A stretch of DNA of 64,000 nucleotides from Solirubrobacterales bacterium (GTDB lineage: Bacteria; Actinomycetota; Thermoleophilia; Solirubrobacterales; 70-9): NCBI GenBank assembly GCA_035705945.1, contig DASSVR010000025.1:11508-75507 (forward strand), given 5' to 3'. The notes under the pieces were generated by a model. The model ran no database searches, was not told the origin of the DNA, and was given only the letters and a program-made list of their open reading frames with translations. Positions 40,304-52,955 of the stretch are shown in pieces. Each line of letters begins with the position of its first letter. Position 1 is the stretch's first letter. Both the position numbers and the translations under genes were made by a program.

Positions 40304-40351
40304 CTCGACACGAATAGGGGGACAGAAAAGCTTGCGACCAGTATAGCCCGC

Positions 40352-41599
40352 TCAGGCTCGTCGCTGCCCGGCTTTTTCCCGCAAGCGGGCAACTTCGTCC
40401 AGGATCGCCTCGGCGATCGCCTCCTTGGAGGCGATCGGGACCTCGGTCTCGCCCTCGGCACGGATCAGCGTGACGGCGTTGTTCTCGCTCTCGAAGCCGA
40501 TCTCCGGGTCGGAGACGTCGTTGAGCACGATCATGTCGGCGCCCTTGCGGATGAGCTTGCCGCGCGCGCGCTCGAGTGCCTCCCCCCCGTGCTCGGCGGC
40601 GAAGCCGACGATCGTCTGTCCCGATCCGCGCTCCGCCGCGAGCGACGCGAGGATGTCCTCGGTCGGCTCAAGCGATAGCTCCAGCGCGCCGGAGCGCTGC
40701 AGCTTCCCCGCGGCCGCCTCGGCGGTGCGGAAGTCGGCCGGAGCCGCGGCCATCAGGAGCACGTGCGCCTGCCCGAACTCGGCGGCGGCGGCCGCGGCGA
40801 GCTCAGCCGTGGTCTCGAGGTCGATCCGCCGCACCCCCGCGGGAGCGGGCAGGGCGACGTTGGCGGCGAGGAGCGTCACCTCGGCGCCGCGCTTCGCCGC
40901 GGCCGCCGCGAGGGCGATCCCCATGCGGCCGCTGGAGCGGTTGCCGATGAAGCGGACCGGGTCGATCGGCTCGCGGGTGCCGCCAGCGGTGACCAGCACC
41001 CGCAACCCGTCCCAGGGACGGTTGCCGGCCGGCAGCGCCGCTTCGACCCGGGCGAGCAGCGCCTCGGGATCTGGCAGGCGGCCGCGCCCGTGCTCGCCGC
41101 GGGAGGCGAGCCTGCCCTCGTCCGGCTCGATCACCTCGATTCCGCGACCCCGCAGCGTCTTCAGGTTCGCCTGGGTGGCCGCGTCCGCGTACATGCGGTC
41201 GTTCATCGCCGGCGCCACCAGCCGCGGCGCCGCGCAGGCTAGGAACGAGGTGGTGAGCATCGACTCGGCGGCGCCGGCCGCGAGCTTGGCGATCGTGTTG
41301 GCCGAGGCGGGGGCGATCAGGTAGACGTCGCAGCGGGCCGCCAGCTCGAGGTGCCCGATCGGGTCGTGCGCCGCCTGCTCCTCGCCAGGGAAAGCGCCGC
41401 GCATCGGATCGCGCTCGAACTCGGAAGTCAGGACGGGCGCGCCGACGATCCCCTCGAACGAGGCGGCGCCGACGAAGCGCGTCGCGGTTTCCGTCATCAG
41501 GACGCGGACGCCGTGGCCGCCGAGCGTGGCGAGTCGCGCCAGCTCCAGGGCCTTGTAGGCGGCTATGCCACCGCTGACGCCAAGCAGAAGTCGAGCCAT
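40352..41599 (-). CDS. coaBC: Bifunctional phosphopantothenoylcysteine decarboxylase / phosphopantothenate-cysteine ligase
   Basis: The N-terminus is LLGVSGGIAAYKALELARL and the CoaB half contains FIGNRSSGRMG. Confidence 0.9.
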   Translation of the reverse strand: MARLLLGVSGGIAAYKALELARLATLGGHGVRVLMTETATRFVGAASFEGIVGAPVLTSEFERDPMRGAFPGEEQAAHDPIGHLELAARCDVYLIAPASANTIAKLAAGAAESMLTTSFLACAAPRLVAPAMNDRMYADAATQANLKTLRGRGIEVIEPDEGRLASRGEHGRGRLPDPEALLARVEAALPAGNRPWDGLRVLVTAGGTREPIDPVRFIGNRSSGRMGIALAAAAAKRGAEVTLLAANVALPAPAGVRRIDLETTAELAAAAAAEFGQAHVLLMAAAPADFRTAEAAAGKLQRSGALELSLEPTEDILASLAAERGSGQTIVGFAAEHGGEALERARGKLIRKGADMIVLNDVSDPEIGFESENNAVTLIRAEGETEVPIASKEAIAEAILDEVARLREKAGQRRA

Positions 41600-41645
41600 A
41601 CCGGCTCCAAATTACGCCCTCGGGTCGCCCGGCGGGGGCGGCGCG

Positions 41646-41879
41646 CTAGGCGCGGTACTCGTATTTCAGCTTGCCCTCGGCGAGCTCTTCCAGCGACATC
41701 GAGAGGTAGTTCCTCTCGGCGTTGGTCTCGACCATCGGCGGCGGGTACTCGCCGAAGCCGCCCTCTCCGAGGTTGTGGAAGTAGCTGTTGATCTGGCGAG
41801 CGCGCTTTGCCGCGACGACGACGGCAGCGTAATGCGAATCGGCGTGCTCGAGGAGCTTGTCTACGCGTGGCTTGATCAT
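41646..41879 (-). CDS. rpoZ: DNA-directed RNA polymerase subunit omega
   Basis: The 77-aa protein contains DKLLEHADSHYAAVVVAAKRARQIN. Confidence 0.9.
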   Translation of the reverse strand: MIKPRVDKLLEHADSHYAAVVVAAKRARQINSYFHNLGEGGFGEYPPPMVETNAERNYLSMSLEELAEGKLKYEYRA

Positions 41880-41911
41880 CGACGCGCGAGTCTAGAGGAT
41901 CGGCCCCTCGG

Positions 41912-42481
41912 TCAGGGCTCAGGCGCCTCGCCCAGCTCCGCGCGCACGATCGAGACCAGCTCGCCGGCCGCCCGTCCCAGGTCGTCGTTGACGACGCGGT
42001 AGGCGAACTCGTCCTGCGCCGCCATCTCCTGCGCCGCCACCTCCAAGCGCGCATCGATCGCTTCGGCGGAGTCGGTCCCCCGCCCGTGCAGGCGGTCGCG
42101 CAGAACCGCCGGATCGGGCGGCGCGATGAAGACCTGCACGGACTCGCGCATCGCCGCACGCACCTGCCGCGCGCCCTGCACCTCGATCTCGAGCACGACC
42201 GAGCGGCCCGCCGCCAGGCGCCGCTCGACCTCGCTGCGAAGGGTTCCGTAGAGGTTGCCGCTGTAGGTGGCGAACTCGAGGAAGTCTTCGGCGGCGATCC
42301 GCTCGTCGAACTGCTCCGGTGTGAGGAAGTGGTAGTCACGCCCGTCGACCTCCCCCTCCCGCGGCGCCCGCGTCGTCGCGGAAACCGACAGCTCGAGGTC
42401 GGGAACCCGCTCCAGGAGCCCCTTGATCAGGGTTCCCTTGCCGACCCCGGAGGGCCCGGTGATGACGAAGACTTTGGCCAT
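41912..42481 (-). CDS. gmk: Guanylate kinase
   Basis: The P-loop is ITGPSGVGKGTL. Confidence 0.9.
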   Translation of the reverse strand: MAKVFVITGPSGVGKGTLIKGLLERVPDLELSVSATTRAPREGEVDGRDYHFLTPEQFDERIAAEDFLEFATYSGNLYGTLRSEVERRLAAGRSVVLEIEVQGARQVRAAMRESVQVFIAPPDPAVLRDRLHGRGTDSAEAIDARLEVAAQEMAAQDEFAYRVVNDDLGRAAGELVSIVRAELGEAPEP

Positions 42482-42512
42482 GGGGGCGGCATCATTACCG
42501 CCGCGGCGGTCG

Positions 42513-42848
42513 CTATCGACGGAGCTGCGAGACGAGCTCTGCGCGCTGGCGCTCCGAGAGGCCGCCGATCGTCTTCGAGGGCGAGATCCGGCACTGGTTG
42601 AGGATCCGATTCGCCTTCACGCGGCCGTACTTGGGGACCGCCAGGAGCATGTCGAAGACCTTCGCCGTGAGGACGTACTCGGGCGGGTCCAGGAGGATCG
42701 CTTGGATGCTGGCCCGGTTCGCCTTCAGGTCCTTCTTCAGTTTGGCGCGGGCGGTGCGAATGTCGTTCGCCCGTTTCAGCGCCTCCATCCTCTGGTCGAG
42801 CGACCGCTCGGGGGCGGCGAGCGAGGGTTTGACTGGGGGGGCCGGCAT
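42513..42848 (-). CDS. mihF: Actinobacterial integration host factor mIHF
   Basis: RMEALKRANDIRTARAKLKKDLK ... VPKYGRVKANRILNQCRISPSKTIGGLSERQRAEL is present. The position upstream of gmk-rpoZ-coaBC is conserved. Confidence 0.85.
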   Translation of the reverse strand: MPAPPVKPSLAAPERSLDQRMEALKRANDIRTARAKLKKDLKANRASIQAILLDPPEYVLTAKVFDMLLAVPKYGRVKANRILNQCRISPSKTIGGLSERQRAELVSQLRR

Positions 42849-42858
42849 GTGGGCGGCG

Positions 42859-42886
42859 AGTATAGCCGCGCTTCAGCGGCCTGCAA
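42859..42886 (-). promoter_or_regulatory. Sigma-70-type promoter for mihF (near-leaderless)
   Basis: The minus strand reads TTGCAG-N16-TATACT, and the ATG lies 10 nt after the -10 hexamer with no SD. Confidence 0.5.
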
Positions 42887-42925
42887 GGCCCTAAACCCAG
42901 ATTGTCTGGAAATTCATCTCAACCT

Positions 42926-43822
42926 CTAGTCGAGGTCGAGCACGGGAAGGGGGAGCGAACCGGCGCCAGCAGCGATTTGGAGCTCCTTTGCTATGCGGGA
43001 GCCCGCCCGAGGATCTCGGAAGTTCTCAGTCCCCACCGCGACGAGACTCGCCCCAGCCGCGAGGAATTCCCCAGCATCGGCGCCGCTGGAGATGCCCCCC
43101 ATGCCGATCACGGGCAGGCTTGCAACGGATCTGACAGCTCGCAGCTGCTGCAGCGCAATCGGCCGCACCGCCGGTCCCGAGAGGCCTCCGTGACCGGCGG
43201 CCAGAGCAGGTGCGCCGGTGCTTGGATCGATCGCGGACCCCTTCAGGGTGTTGATCAGCGAAACCGAATCCGCCCCTCCCTCTTCGGCTGCCACCGCAAC
43301 CGAGCCAGGATCGGCGATGTTGGGGGTGAGCTTCACGATCAGAGGCTTGTCGGTCAGGGGCCGCAGCGTCTTCATCAGCGCTTCCGTCTCCGCCGGCTGC
43401 TCGCCGACGATCAGCCCGGAGTGGACGTTGGGGCAGGACACGTTCAACTCGATGCCGGCGACCTCGTCCCTCTCTGCCACCGCCTCGACCATGCGCGCAA
43501 AACCCTCACGGTCGGTCGCCATGACCGAGACGATCAGCGGCACTGGCAATTCCGCCAGCTGCGGCAGGTCCTCCGCAAGGAACCCCTCCAATCCCTTGTT
43601 CGGCAGCCCGATCGAGTTGAGCATCCCCCCCGGCGTCTCCCAGATCCGCTGCGGTTCGTTGCCAGCCCGGGGCTCGGGCGTGATCGTCTTCGAGACGAAT
43701 GCCGAGAACGGGAACTCCTCCAGGAGCTGGTCACCGAAGACCTTGCGCGCCGCGATCGCGTCATACGTCCCCGACGCATTGATCACTGGATGCGCCAGCT
43801 CGATCCCGCAGAGCTCAGGCAT
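42926..43822 (-). CDS. pyrD: Dihydroorotate dehydrogenase, class 1B catalytic subunit
   Basis: ORF trimmed to [21 protein letters not shown]. The active-site Cys lies in ELNVSCPNV. Confidence 0.9.
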   Translation of the reverse strand: MPELCGIELAHPVINASGTYDAIAARKVFGDQLLEEFPFSAFVSKTITPEPRAGNEPQRIWETPGGMLNSIGLPNKGLEGFLAEDLPQLAELPVPLIVSVMATDREGFARMVEAVAERDEVAGIELNVSCPNVHSGLIVGEQPAETEALMKTLRPLTDKPLIVKLTPNIADPGSVAVAAEEGGADSVSLINTLKGSAIDPSTGAPALAAGHGGLSGPAVRPIALQQLRAVRSVASLPVIGMGGISSGADAGEFLAAGASLVAVGTENFRDPRAGSRIAKELQIAAGAGSLPLPVLDLD

Positions 43823-44653
43823 GGGCAACCTCGGCAACAGCGTCGCCCCGCACAACCGGGCCGTCCACGCACAGCCGCATATAGCCACCGTCCGGCTTCG
43901 GGACCGCGCAGCCGAAGCAGGCGCCGAAGCCGCAGGCCATCGGCGACTCCATCGCCAGCTCGCAATCCACACCGCCGTCGTCGCACATCGCCCGCACGGC
44001 CTCCAGCATCGCCGGTGGGCCGCATGAGTAGACGACGGCGGTGCCGGCGTCGTCGCCGGCGAGCATGGTCGCGAGCAGGTCCGTTACGTAGCCCTGGTGG
44101 CCGGCGTGGCCGTCCTCCGATGCCAGGCGTACGTCGGGACAAAGCGAACCGCCTGAGCAGAAGAGCTCGTTCAGGCCCCCTGAGTGCTCCTGGTTGCGGA
44201 AGCCCAGGAGGACTCGCAGCGGGATTCCCTGCTCGACCAGGTGGCGGCGCCAGATGGCGAGGGGGGCGATGCCGATGCCGCCGCCGACCAGAATCGCGCC
44301 CGCCGAGTCCGGGTTCACCTCTTTCGGCGTCGAGAAAGAGTTGCCGAGGGGTCCGGTGACCCACACTCCCTCCCCCGCCTCCAGCTCGCAGAGCCGGTCG
44401 GTGCCCGGGCCTACGCCCTCGATCAGGAAGTCGAGACGGATGCCTGCCTTGGCCGGCGCCGTCTCGGCGACGGAGATCGCCCTGGGCAGGAAGGGCCGGC
44501 CGCCGCCCTCGCCCCAGCTGTCGGCGGTGGCGAGCATGTAGAACTGGCCTGGCTCGGGAACCGGGCCCGCGCGGTCGAACAGGGAGAAGATCCGGTATCC
44601 GCCGGAGGGCTTGCTCTCGGCGACCTCGCAGAGCCGGCGGCCGAATGGCGCGG

Positions 44654-44657
<4 letters not shown>
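43815..44657 (-). CDS. pyrK: Dihydroorotate dehydrogenase electron-transfer subunit (FAD/[2Fe-2S])
   Basis: ORF trimmed to [21 protein letters not shown] is present and the C-terminal cluster motif is [13 protein letters not shown]. The start overlaps the carB stop as ATGA. Confidence 0.85.
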
Positions 44658-47770
<3,113 letters not shown>

Positions 47771-47780
47771 CGGTCCTCCG

Positions 47781-48890
47781 TCAGGCGGCGAGAGCGAGGA
47801 AGCGGTCGAAGAGGTGGCGGGCATCGTGCGGGCCGGGGCCGGCCTCGGGGTGGTACTGGACGGTGGCGCCGGCGACGTCGCGCAGGACCAGGCCCTCGAC
47901 CGTGCGGTCGTAAAGGTTCAGCTGCGAGAGCTCGGCGACGCCGAAGTCGGTGTCCCAGCGGACCGGCTCGTCGCCCTCGATCTTCGGCTCGCCGCCTGGG
48001 CCGACGACGGCGAAGCCGTGGTTCTGGGAGGTGATGTCGATCCGACCCGTCTCCAGGTCCTTGACCGGGTGGTTGGCGCCGCGGTGGCCGAAGGGAAGCT
48101 TGTAGGTCTCGAGGCCGACGGCGCGGCAGAGCAGCTGGTGGCCGAGGCAGATCCCGAAGACCGGCCGCTTTCCGACCAGCTCGCGGACCGTCTCGACCAC
48201 GTAGTCGAGGGCGGCCGGGTCGCCGGGGCCGTTGGCGAGGAAGACGACGTCGGGGTCCTCGGCGAGGACCTCCTCCGGCGTGCTGGTGCAGGGAAGGAGG
48301 GTCAGGCGGCAGCCGTGCTCGCGCAGCTGGCGGACGATGCTGAGCTTGACGCCGGTGTCGATCCCGACCACGTGCGGGCCGTCGCCCTCGAAGCGGACCG
48401 GCTCGGCCGGCGTCACCGTGCGGGCGAAATCGGCGCCGGCCATCGAGGGCTCGGCGGCGATCCGTTCGCGCGCCTCCGCTTCCCCCGTCGCCGCCGGGAA
48501 GATGCCCCCGCGCATCGCCCCCTTGTCGCGGAGGTGGCGGACCAGCGCCCGCGTGTCGACGCCGCTGATCCCGGGGACGCCGCAGTCGCCGAGCCAGTCG
48601 AGCCAGCCGCCCTCCGCGGTGGCGACGTCCTCGCGGTTCTTGGCGTCGCGCATGACGACGCCGCGGGCGTGGACGCGGTCGGACTCCATCGCCGCCGCGG
48701 AGACGCCGTAGTTGCCGATCAGCGGATAGGTGAAGACGATGATCTGGCCGGCGTAGGAAGGGTCGGTGACCGACTCCTGGTAGCCGGTCATCGCGGTGTT
48801 GAAGACGACCTCGCCGGTGACCGCTCTTTCGTGACCGCAGGCGAGGCCGTCGAGGCGGGTTCCGTCCTCGAGCAGCAGGTAGGCGCTCAA
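47781..48890 (-). CDS. carA: Carbamoyl-phosphate synthase small (glutaminase) subunit
   Basis: ORF trimmed to the TTG at 48890 ([15 protein letters not shown]), which overlaps the pyrC stop as TTGA. The GATase nucleophile lies in [11 protein letters not shown]. Confidence 0.85.
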   Translation of the reverse strand: MSAYLLLEDGTRLDGLACGHERAVTGEVVFNTAMTGYQESVTDPSYAGQIIVFTYPLIGNYGVSAAAMESDRVHARGVVMRDAKNREDVATAEGGWLDWLGDCGVPGISGVDTRALVRHLRDKGAMRGGIFPAATGEAEARERIAAEPSMAGADFARTVTPAEPVRFEGDGPHVVGIDTGVKLSIVRQLREHGCRLTLLPCTSTPEEVLAEDPDVVFLANGPGDPAALDYVVETVRELVGKRPVFGICLGHQLLCRAVGLETYKLPFGHRGANHPVKDLETGRIDITSQNHGFAVVGPGGEPKIEGDEPVRWDTDFGVAELSQLNLYDRTVEGLVLRDVAGATVQYHPEAGPGPHDARHLFDRFLALAA

Positions 48891-50236
48891 GCCGCCACTC
48901 CCAGGGAGAAGCTGCGCAGGCGGAAGGCGACCTGGCCGGCGGCGACCGTGATCAGGACCCGGCCGGTGAGGGAACGGCCGGCGCACCAGGAGTTGGCCGA
49001 GCGGCTCTCGTAGCCGTCCTCGCCGACGGTCCACTCGGCACCGAGGTCGCAGAGGGCGACGTTGGCCTCCGACCCCGGCGCCAGGCTCGGGCGCTGGAGG
49101 TCGAAGGGCTCGGCGCCCCCGCTCATCCGCTCGACGAGAAGGGCGAGGTCGATCACGCCCGGCAGCACCAGCTCCGTGTGCAGCGCGGCGAAGGCGGTCT
49201 CGAGGCCGGTCACCCCGAACGCCGCCTGCTCGAAGGGAACGTCCTTTTCCTCCGGCTGGTGCGGGGCGTGGTCGGTGGCGATGCACTCGATCGTGCCGTC
49301 GCGCAGCCCGTCGATCAGGGCCTGGCGGTCGCGCTCCTCGCGCAGCGGCGGATTCATCTTGAAGCGGTGCGGGTCGAGGCTGCGCACCGCCTCGTCGGTG
49401 AGGCAGAGGTGGTGCGGGCTGGCCTCGGCGCTGACCCTGACGCCGGCCGCCTTGGCGGCGCGGACGATCCCGACCGACTCGGCGGCGGAGAGGTGCTGGA
49501 GGTGGATGCGAGCCTGCTCGTATCCGGCCAGGGCGACGTCCCGCCCGACCATCGTCGACTCCGAGACCGAGGGGATGCCGCCGACCCCGAGCGCGGCGGA
49601 CGCCGGCCCCTCGTGCATCGCCCCGCCCTGGGTGAGCCGCGCGTCCTCCTCGTGCAGGGCGATGTTGCCGCCGCAGAGGTGCTGGTACTGGAGGGCTCGA
49701 CGCATGACGCCGGCGTCGGCGATCGGCAAACCGTCGTCGGAGAACCCGACCGCGCCGGCTTCGCGCAGCTCGACCATCTCCGTCAGCTCCCCGCCCTGCA
49801 TCGCTTTGGTCACGGTCGCCAGGAAGCCGACCGGGACCGAGGCGCTCGCCCTCGCCTGCTCGCGCAGGGCGGCGATGTCGGCGGGGGTCGAGACCGGCGG
49901 CTCGGTGTTGGCCATCGCCAGGATCCCGCAGTAGCCGCCCGCGGCGGCGGCGCGGGTGCCGGTCTCGACATCCTCCTTGTGCTCGTGGCCGGGGGTGCGG
50001 AGGTGGACGTGCGGGTCGAAGAAGGCGGGGAAGGCGTGCAGGCCCTCGGCCTCGACCACCTCGGCCCCGTCGGTGTCGGCCTCGCCCGGTGAGGCAAGGG
50101 CGGCGATCTCGCCGCCGCGGACGACGACGTCGTGGACCGAGTCGATGCCCGCCACGGGGTCGAGCACCGTCGCCCGGCGCAGGACCAGGTGCGCGTCCTC
50201 TCCCGGGCGCACGTCGAGCAGGTCGGCGAGGCTCAC
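48887..50236 (-). CDS. pyrC: Dihydroorotase
   Basis: The metal motif is FDPHVHLRTPG. There are 4-nt overlaps on both sides. Confidence 0.9.
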   Translation of the reverse strand: MSLADLLDVRPGEDAHLVLRRATVLDPVAGIDSVHDVVVRGGEIAALASPGEADTDGAEVVEAEGLHAFPAFFDPHVHLRTPGHEHKEDVETGTRAAAAGGYCGILAMANTEPPVSTPADIAALREQARASASVPVGFLATVTKAMQGGELTEMVELREAGAVGFSDDGLPIADAGVMRRALQYQHLCGGNIALHEEDARLTQGGAMHEGPASAALGVGGIPSVSESTMVGRDVALAGYEQARIHLQHLSAAESVGIVRAAKAAGVRVSAEASPHHLCLTDEAVRSLDPHRFKMNPPLREERDRQALIDGLRDGTIECIATDHAPHQPEEKDVPFEQAAFGVTGLETAFAALHTELVLPGVIDLALLVERMSGGAEPFDLQRPSLAPGSEANVALCDLGAEWTVGEDGYESRSANSWCAGRSLTGRVLITVAAGQVAFRLRSFSLGVAA

Positions 50237-51192
50237 GCTGGCGTTCCGATCGGGGTCGGGCGACTGCCCTCGCCCTCGGCGGCGGGAGCGGTGCCCTCGC
50301 CGCCGGCGAGCAGCTCGTAGAGGATCGCCATCCGCACCACCAGGCCGGCGGCGACCTGCTCGGCGATCAGCGATTGCGGCGAGTCGATCGCCTCGCCGGA
50401 GAGCTCGACGCCGCGGTTGACAGGGCCGGGGTGCATCAGCAGCTGGCGCGGGTTGAGGCGCCGTGTATCGATCTGGAAGTTGGCCGCGTACTCGCGCAGC
50501 GAGGGGACGAAGCTCTCGCTCATCCGCTCCTTCTGCATCCGCAGTGCGTAGACGACCTCGGCTTCCTCGAGCCCCTCGAGGCTGTAGGAGACCTCGCAGC
50601 CGAGCTCCTCGATCCCGCGCGGGATCAGGGTCGGCGGGCCGCAGACCGTGACCTCGGCCCCCATCCGCGCGAAGGCGATCAGGTTGGAGCGGGCGACGCG
50701 ACTGTGGAGGACGTCGCCGACGATCCAGATGCGGATGCCGTCGAGCGAGCCGAGGCGGCGACGCAGGGTGTAGACATCGAGCAGCGCCTGGCTCGGGTGC
50801 TCGTGCTTGCCGTCGCCGGCGTTGACGACCGCCGCGGTGGTCCAGCCGGCGACCATCTGCGCGGCACCGGCGTAGGGGTGACGGATCACGATCGCCGCCG
50901 GGTCGTAGGCGGAGAGGGTGGCGACGGTGTCCTTCAGCGACTCGCCCTTCTCGACCGAGGAGCCGGCGGCCTTGACCGAGACCAAATCGGCGGATAGGCG
51001 CTTGGCGGCGAGGTCGAAGGAGCTCGAGGTGCGGGTGCTCGACTCGTAGAAGAGGGAGACGACGGTGCGGCCGCGCAGCGTCGGCACCTTCTTGATGTCG
51101 CGGCGACCGACCTCGGCGAAGCTCTCGGCGCGATCGAGGATCGCCTCGATCTCCTCGCGGGAAAGCTGTTCGATCGAGAGCAGGTGCTTCAT
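50233..51192 (-). CDS. pyrB: Aspartate carbamoyltransferase catalytic subunit
   Basis: FYESSTRTSSSFD and HPSQALLD are present. Confidence 0.9.
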   Translation of the reverse strand: MKHLLSIEQLSREEIEAILDRAESFAEVGRRDIKKVPTLRGRTVVSLFYESSTRTSSSFDLAAKRLSADLVSVKAAGSSVEKGESLKDTVATLSAYDPAAIVIRHPYAGAAQMVAGWTTAAVVNAGDGKHEHPSQALLDVYTLRRRLGSLDGIRIWIVGDVLHSRVARSNLIAFARMGAEVTVCGPPTLIPRGIEELGCEVSYSLEGLEEAEVVYALRMQKERMSESFVPSLREYAANFQIDTRRLNPRQLLMHPGPVNRGVELSGEAIDSPQSLIAEQVAAGLVVRMAILYELLAGGEGTAPAAEGEGSRPTPIGTPA

Positions 51193-51749
51193 GGCGTCAC
51201 CTCCACCGGGCTGGGCTCGGAGATCGTCACCTCGTCGGCGCCGTCGATCTCCTCGAGGCGGACGTTGACCCGCTCCTCGCGCGCGGTCGGCAGATTCTTG
51301 CCGACGTAGTCGGGGCGAATCGGCAGCTCGCGGTGGCCGCGATCGCAGAGGACCGCAAGCTGCACCCGCTGGGGCCGGCCGTAGTCGAAGAGGGCCTCGA
51401 TCGCGGCGCGGACGGTGCGGCCGGTGAAGAGGACGTCGTCGACAAGGACGATGGTGCGCTCGCTGAGGTCGAAGTCGATGTGGGAAGCGTGGACGACCGG
51501 CTGCGAGGCGGGCGCCTTGGCGCCGACGTCGTCGCGGTAGAAGGAGATGTCGATGTCGCCGATCGGCAGATCGGCGCCGGTCAGCTCGGCGAGGAAGGCG
51601 TGGAGGCGACGGGCAAGCACCGCGCCCCGGGTGTGGATGCCGACTACCGCCAGATGCTCCGGCTCGGGGTTCTTCTCGGCGATCTCGTGGGCGATCCGCC
51701 GCAGCGTCCGCCTCAGATCGTCGTGCTCCAGCACGACCTTCTCGTTCAC
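51189..51749 (-). CDS. pyrR: Bifunctional pyr operon regulator / uracil phosphoribosyltransferase PyrR
   Basis: The start is GTG. The PRPP motif is IVLVDDVLFTGRT. Confidence 0.9.
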   Translation of the reverse strand: MNEKVVLEHDDLRRTLRRIAHEIAEKNPEPEHLAVVGIHTRGAVLARRLHAFLAELTGADLPIGDIDISFYRDDVGAKAPASQPVVHASHIDFDLSERTIVLVDDVLFTGRTVRAAIEALFDYGRPQRVQLAVLCDRGHRELPIRPDYVGKNLPTAREERVNVRLEEIDGADEVTISEPSPVEVTP

Positions 51750-51767
51750 TTCGATTGCTTCCTTCCT

Positions 51768-51781
51768 GGCCTCACGGGACC
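51768..51781 (-). promoter_or_regulatory. Putative PyrR-binding RNA loop next to the pyrR RBS
   Basis: The minus strand reads GGUCCCGUGAGGCC, resembling the PyrR box UCCAGAGAGGC. It is immediately followed by AGGAAGGAAGCAAUCGAA-GUG, which is the RBS and start. Confidence 0.55.
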
Positions 51782-51820
51782 GGGTTAAAGGACGTCCTCA
51801 CAGTAGCAGTGGTGGTGGCG

Positions 51821-51877
51821 GGAGGGGTAGGCCCTCTCCTCGCAAAATGGGGAGGCTCGTCGAGGGCCTACCCCTCC
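51821..51877 (-). promoter_or_regulatory. 16-bp perfect hairpin overlapping the rnz stop codon, upstream of pyrR
   Basis: GGAGGGGTAGGCCCTC at 51821..51836 and GAGGGCCTACCCCTCC at 51862..51877 are separated by a 25-nt loop. There is no U-tract. Confidence 0.6.
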
Positions 51878-52827
51878 CCGTCTCGATCCACGGCTCCGTT
51901 CGGTACGAGATGGGGCTCGCCTCGCTCGGGAAACGGCAGTTCGATGACGTCGAAGTCTTTGGGGGCGATCGTCGGTTCGAAGACCTTGCGCGCCTCCTCG
52001 ATCACCTTGCCTACGTGATAGCGGGAGGAGATGTGGACGAGGGCGAGCAGCTTCACGTGCGCCTCGGCGGCGACAGCCGCGGCCTGCCCGACGGTGGAGT
52101 GCCCGGTTTCAGCCGCCCGCTGGGTCTCTTCCTCGGCGAAGGAGGCGTCGTGGATCAGGAGGTCGGCGTCGGCGGCGGCGGAGACGGTGGCGGGGCTGGG
52201 CGCGGTGTCGCCGGTGACGACGATCGTGCGACCCGGGCGGCTGGGGCCCATCACCCGGTCGGGGGCGACGATCCCGGCTTCGCCCTCGACCTCCTCCCCA
52301 CGCTGCAGCGCCGCGTAGGCCGGGCCTTCGGGAACGCCGGCGGCAGCGGCGGCGTCCGGGTCGAAGCGGCCCGGACGCTCGGCCTCGACGAGCGCGTAGC
52401 CGTTGGCGCGGGCGCTGTGGGCGCCTTCGAACGGCCGCACCTCATATCCGTCGTGCTCGACCACGTCACCGGCCTTGAGCTCGATCAGGTCGACGGTGAA
52501 CCTCAGCCTGCCGACCAGGGGCGAGAAGATCTGGAACAGCTCCGAGAGCCCCGGCGGCCCGTAGATCTTCAGCGGCACCTGCCGGTCCGTGAGGTCGTAG
52601 GTCTTCAACAGCCCCGGCAGCCCGAGGATGTGGTCGGCATGGAAGTGCGTCAGGTAGATCTCGTCCACCTGCACCAGCCCCAGCGACCGCTGCATCTGCC
52701 GCTGCGTCCCTTCACCGCAGTCGAACAGCAACCGCTCTCCCCCACGCGCCACCAAAACGCTCGCGGTAGAGCGCCGCGCCGAGGGCACCGAGCCGCCCGT
52801 CCCGAGAAAAGTCACAGCCAAATCCAT
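51868..52827 (-). CDS. rnz: Ribonuclease Z
   Basis: The N-terminus is FLGTGGSVPSARRSTASVLV and the MBL motif is LTHFHADHILGLPGLL. Confidence 0.85.
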   Translation of the reverse strand: MDLAVTFLGTGGSVPSARRSTASVLVARGGERLLFDCGEGTQRQMQRSLGLVQVDEIYLTHFHADHILGLPGLLKTYDLTDRQVPLKIYGPPGLSELFQIFSPLVGRLRFTVDLIELKAGDVVEHDGYEVRPFEGAHSARANGYALVEAERPGRFDPDAAAAAGVPEGPAYAALQRGEEVEGEAGIVAPDRVMGPSRPGRTIVVTGDTAPSPATVSAAADADLLIHDASFAEEETQRAAETGHSTVGQAAAVAAEAHVKLLALVHISSRYHVGKVIEEARKVFEPTIAPKDFDVIELPFPERGEPHLVPNGAVDRDGEG

Positions 52828-52870
52828 CGGCGGCGAGCCTACGTCAGTTACCGGTTAATCTGCCGACTGG

Positions 52871-52944
52871 GCGCCCGTAGCTCAGCTGGATAGAGCGCTT
52901 CCCTCCGGAGGAAGAGGCCACAGGTTCGAATCCTGTCGGGCGCG
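52871..52944 (+). tRNA. tRNA-Arg (anticodon CCG)
   Basis: The hand-folded cloverleaf has acceptor GCGCCCG/CGGGCGC, D arm GCTC-AGCTGGATA-GAGC, anticodon arm CTTCC-CTCCGGA-GGAAG and T arm ACAGG-TTCGAAT-CCTGT. No CCA is encoded. Confidence 0.9.
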
Positions 52945-52955
52945 CTTCTTGTTGT

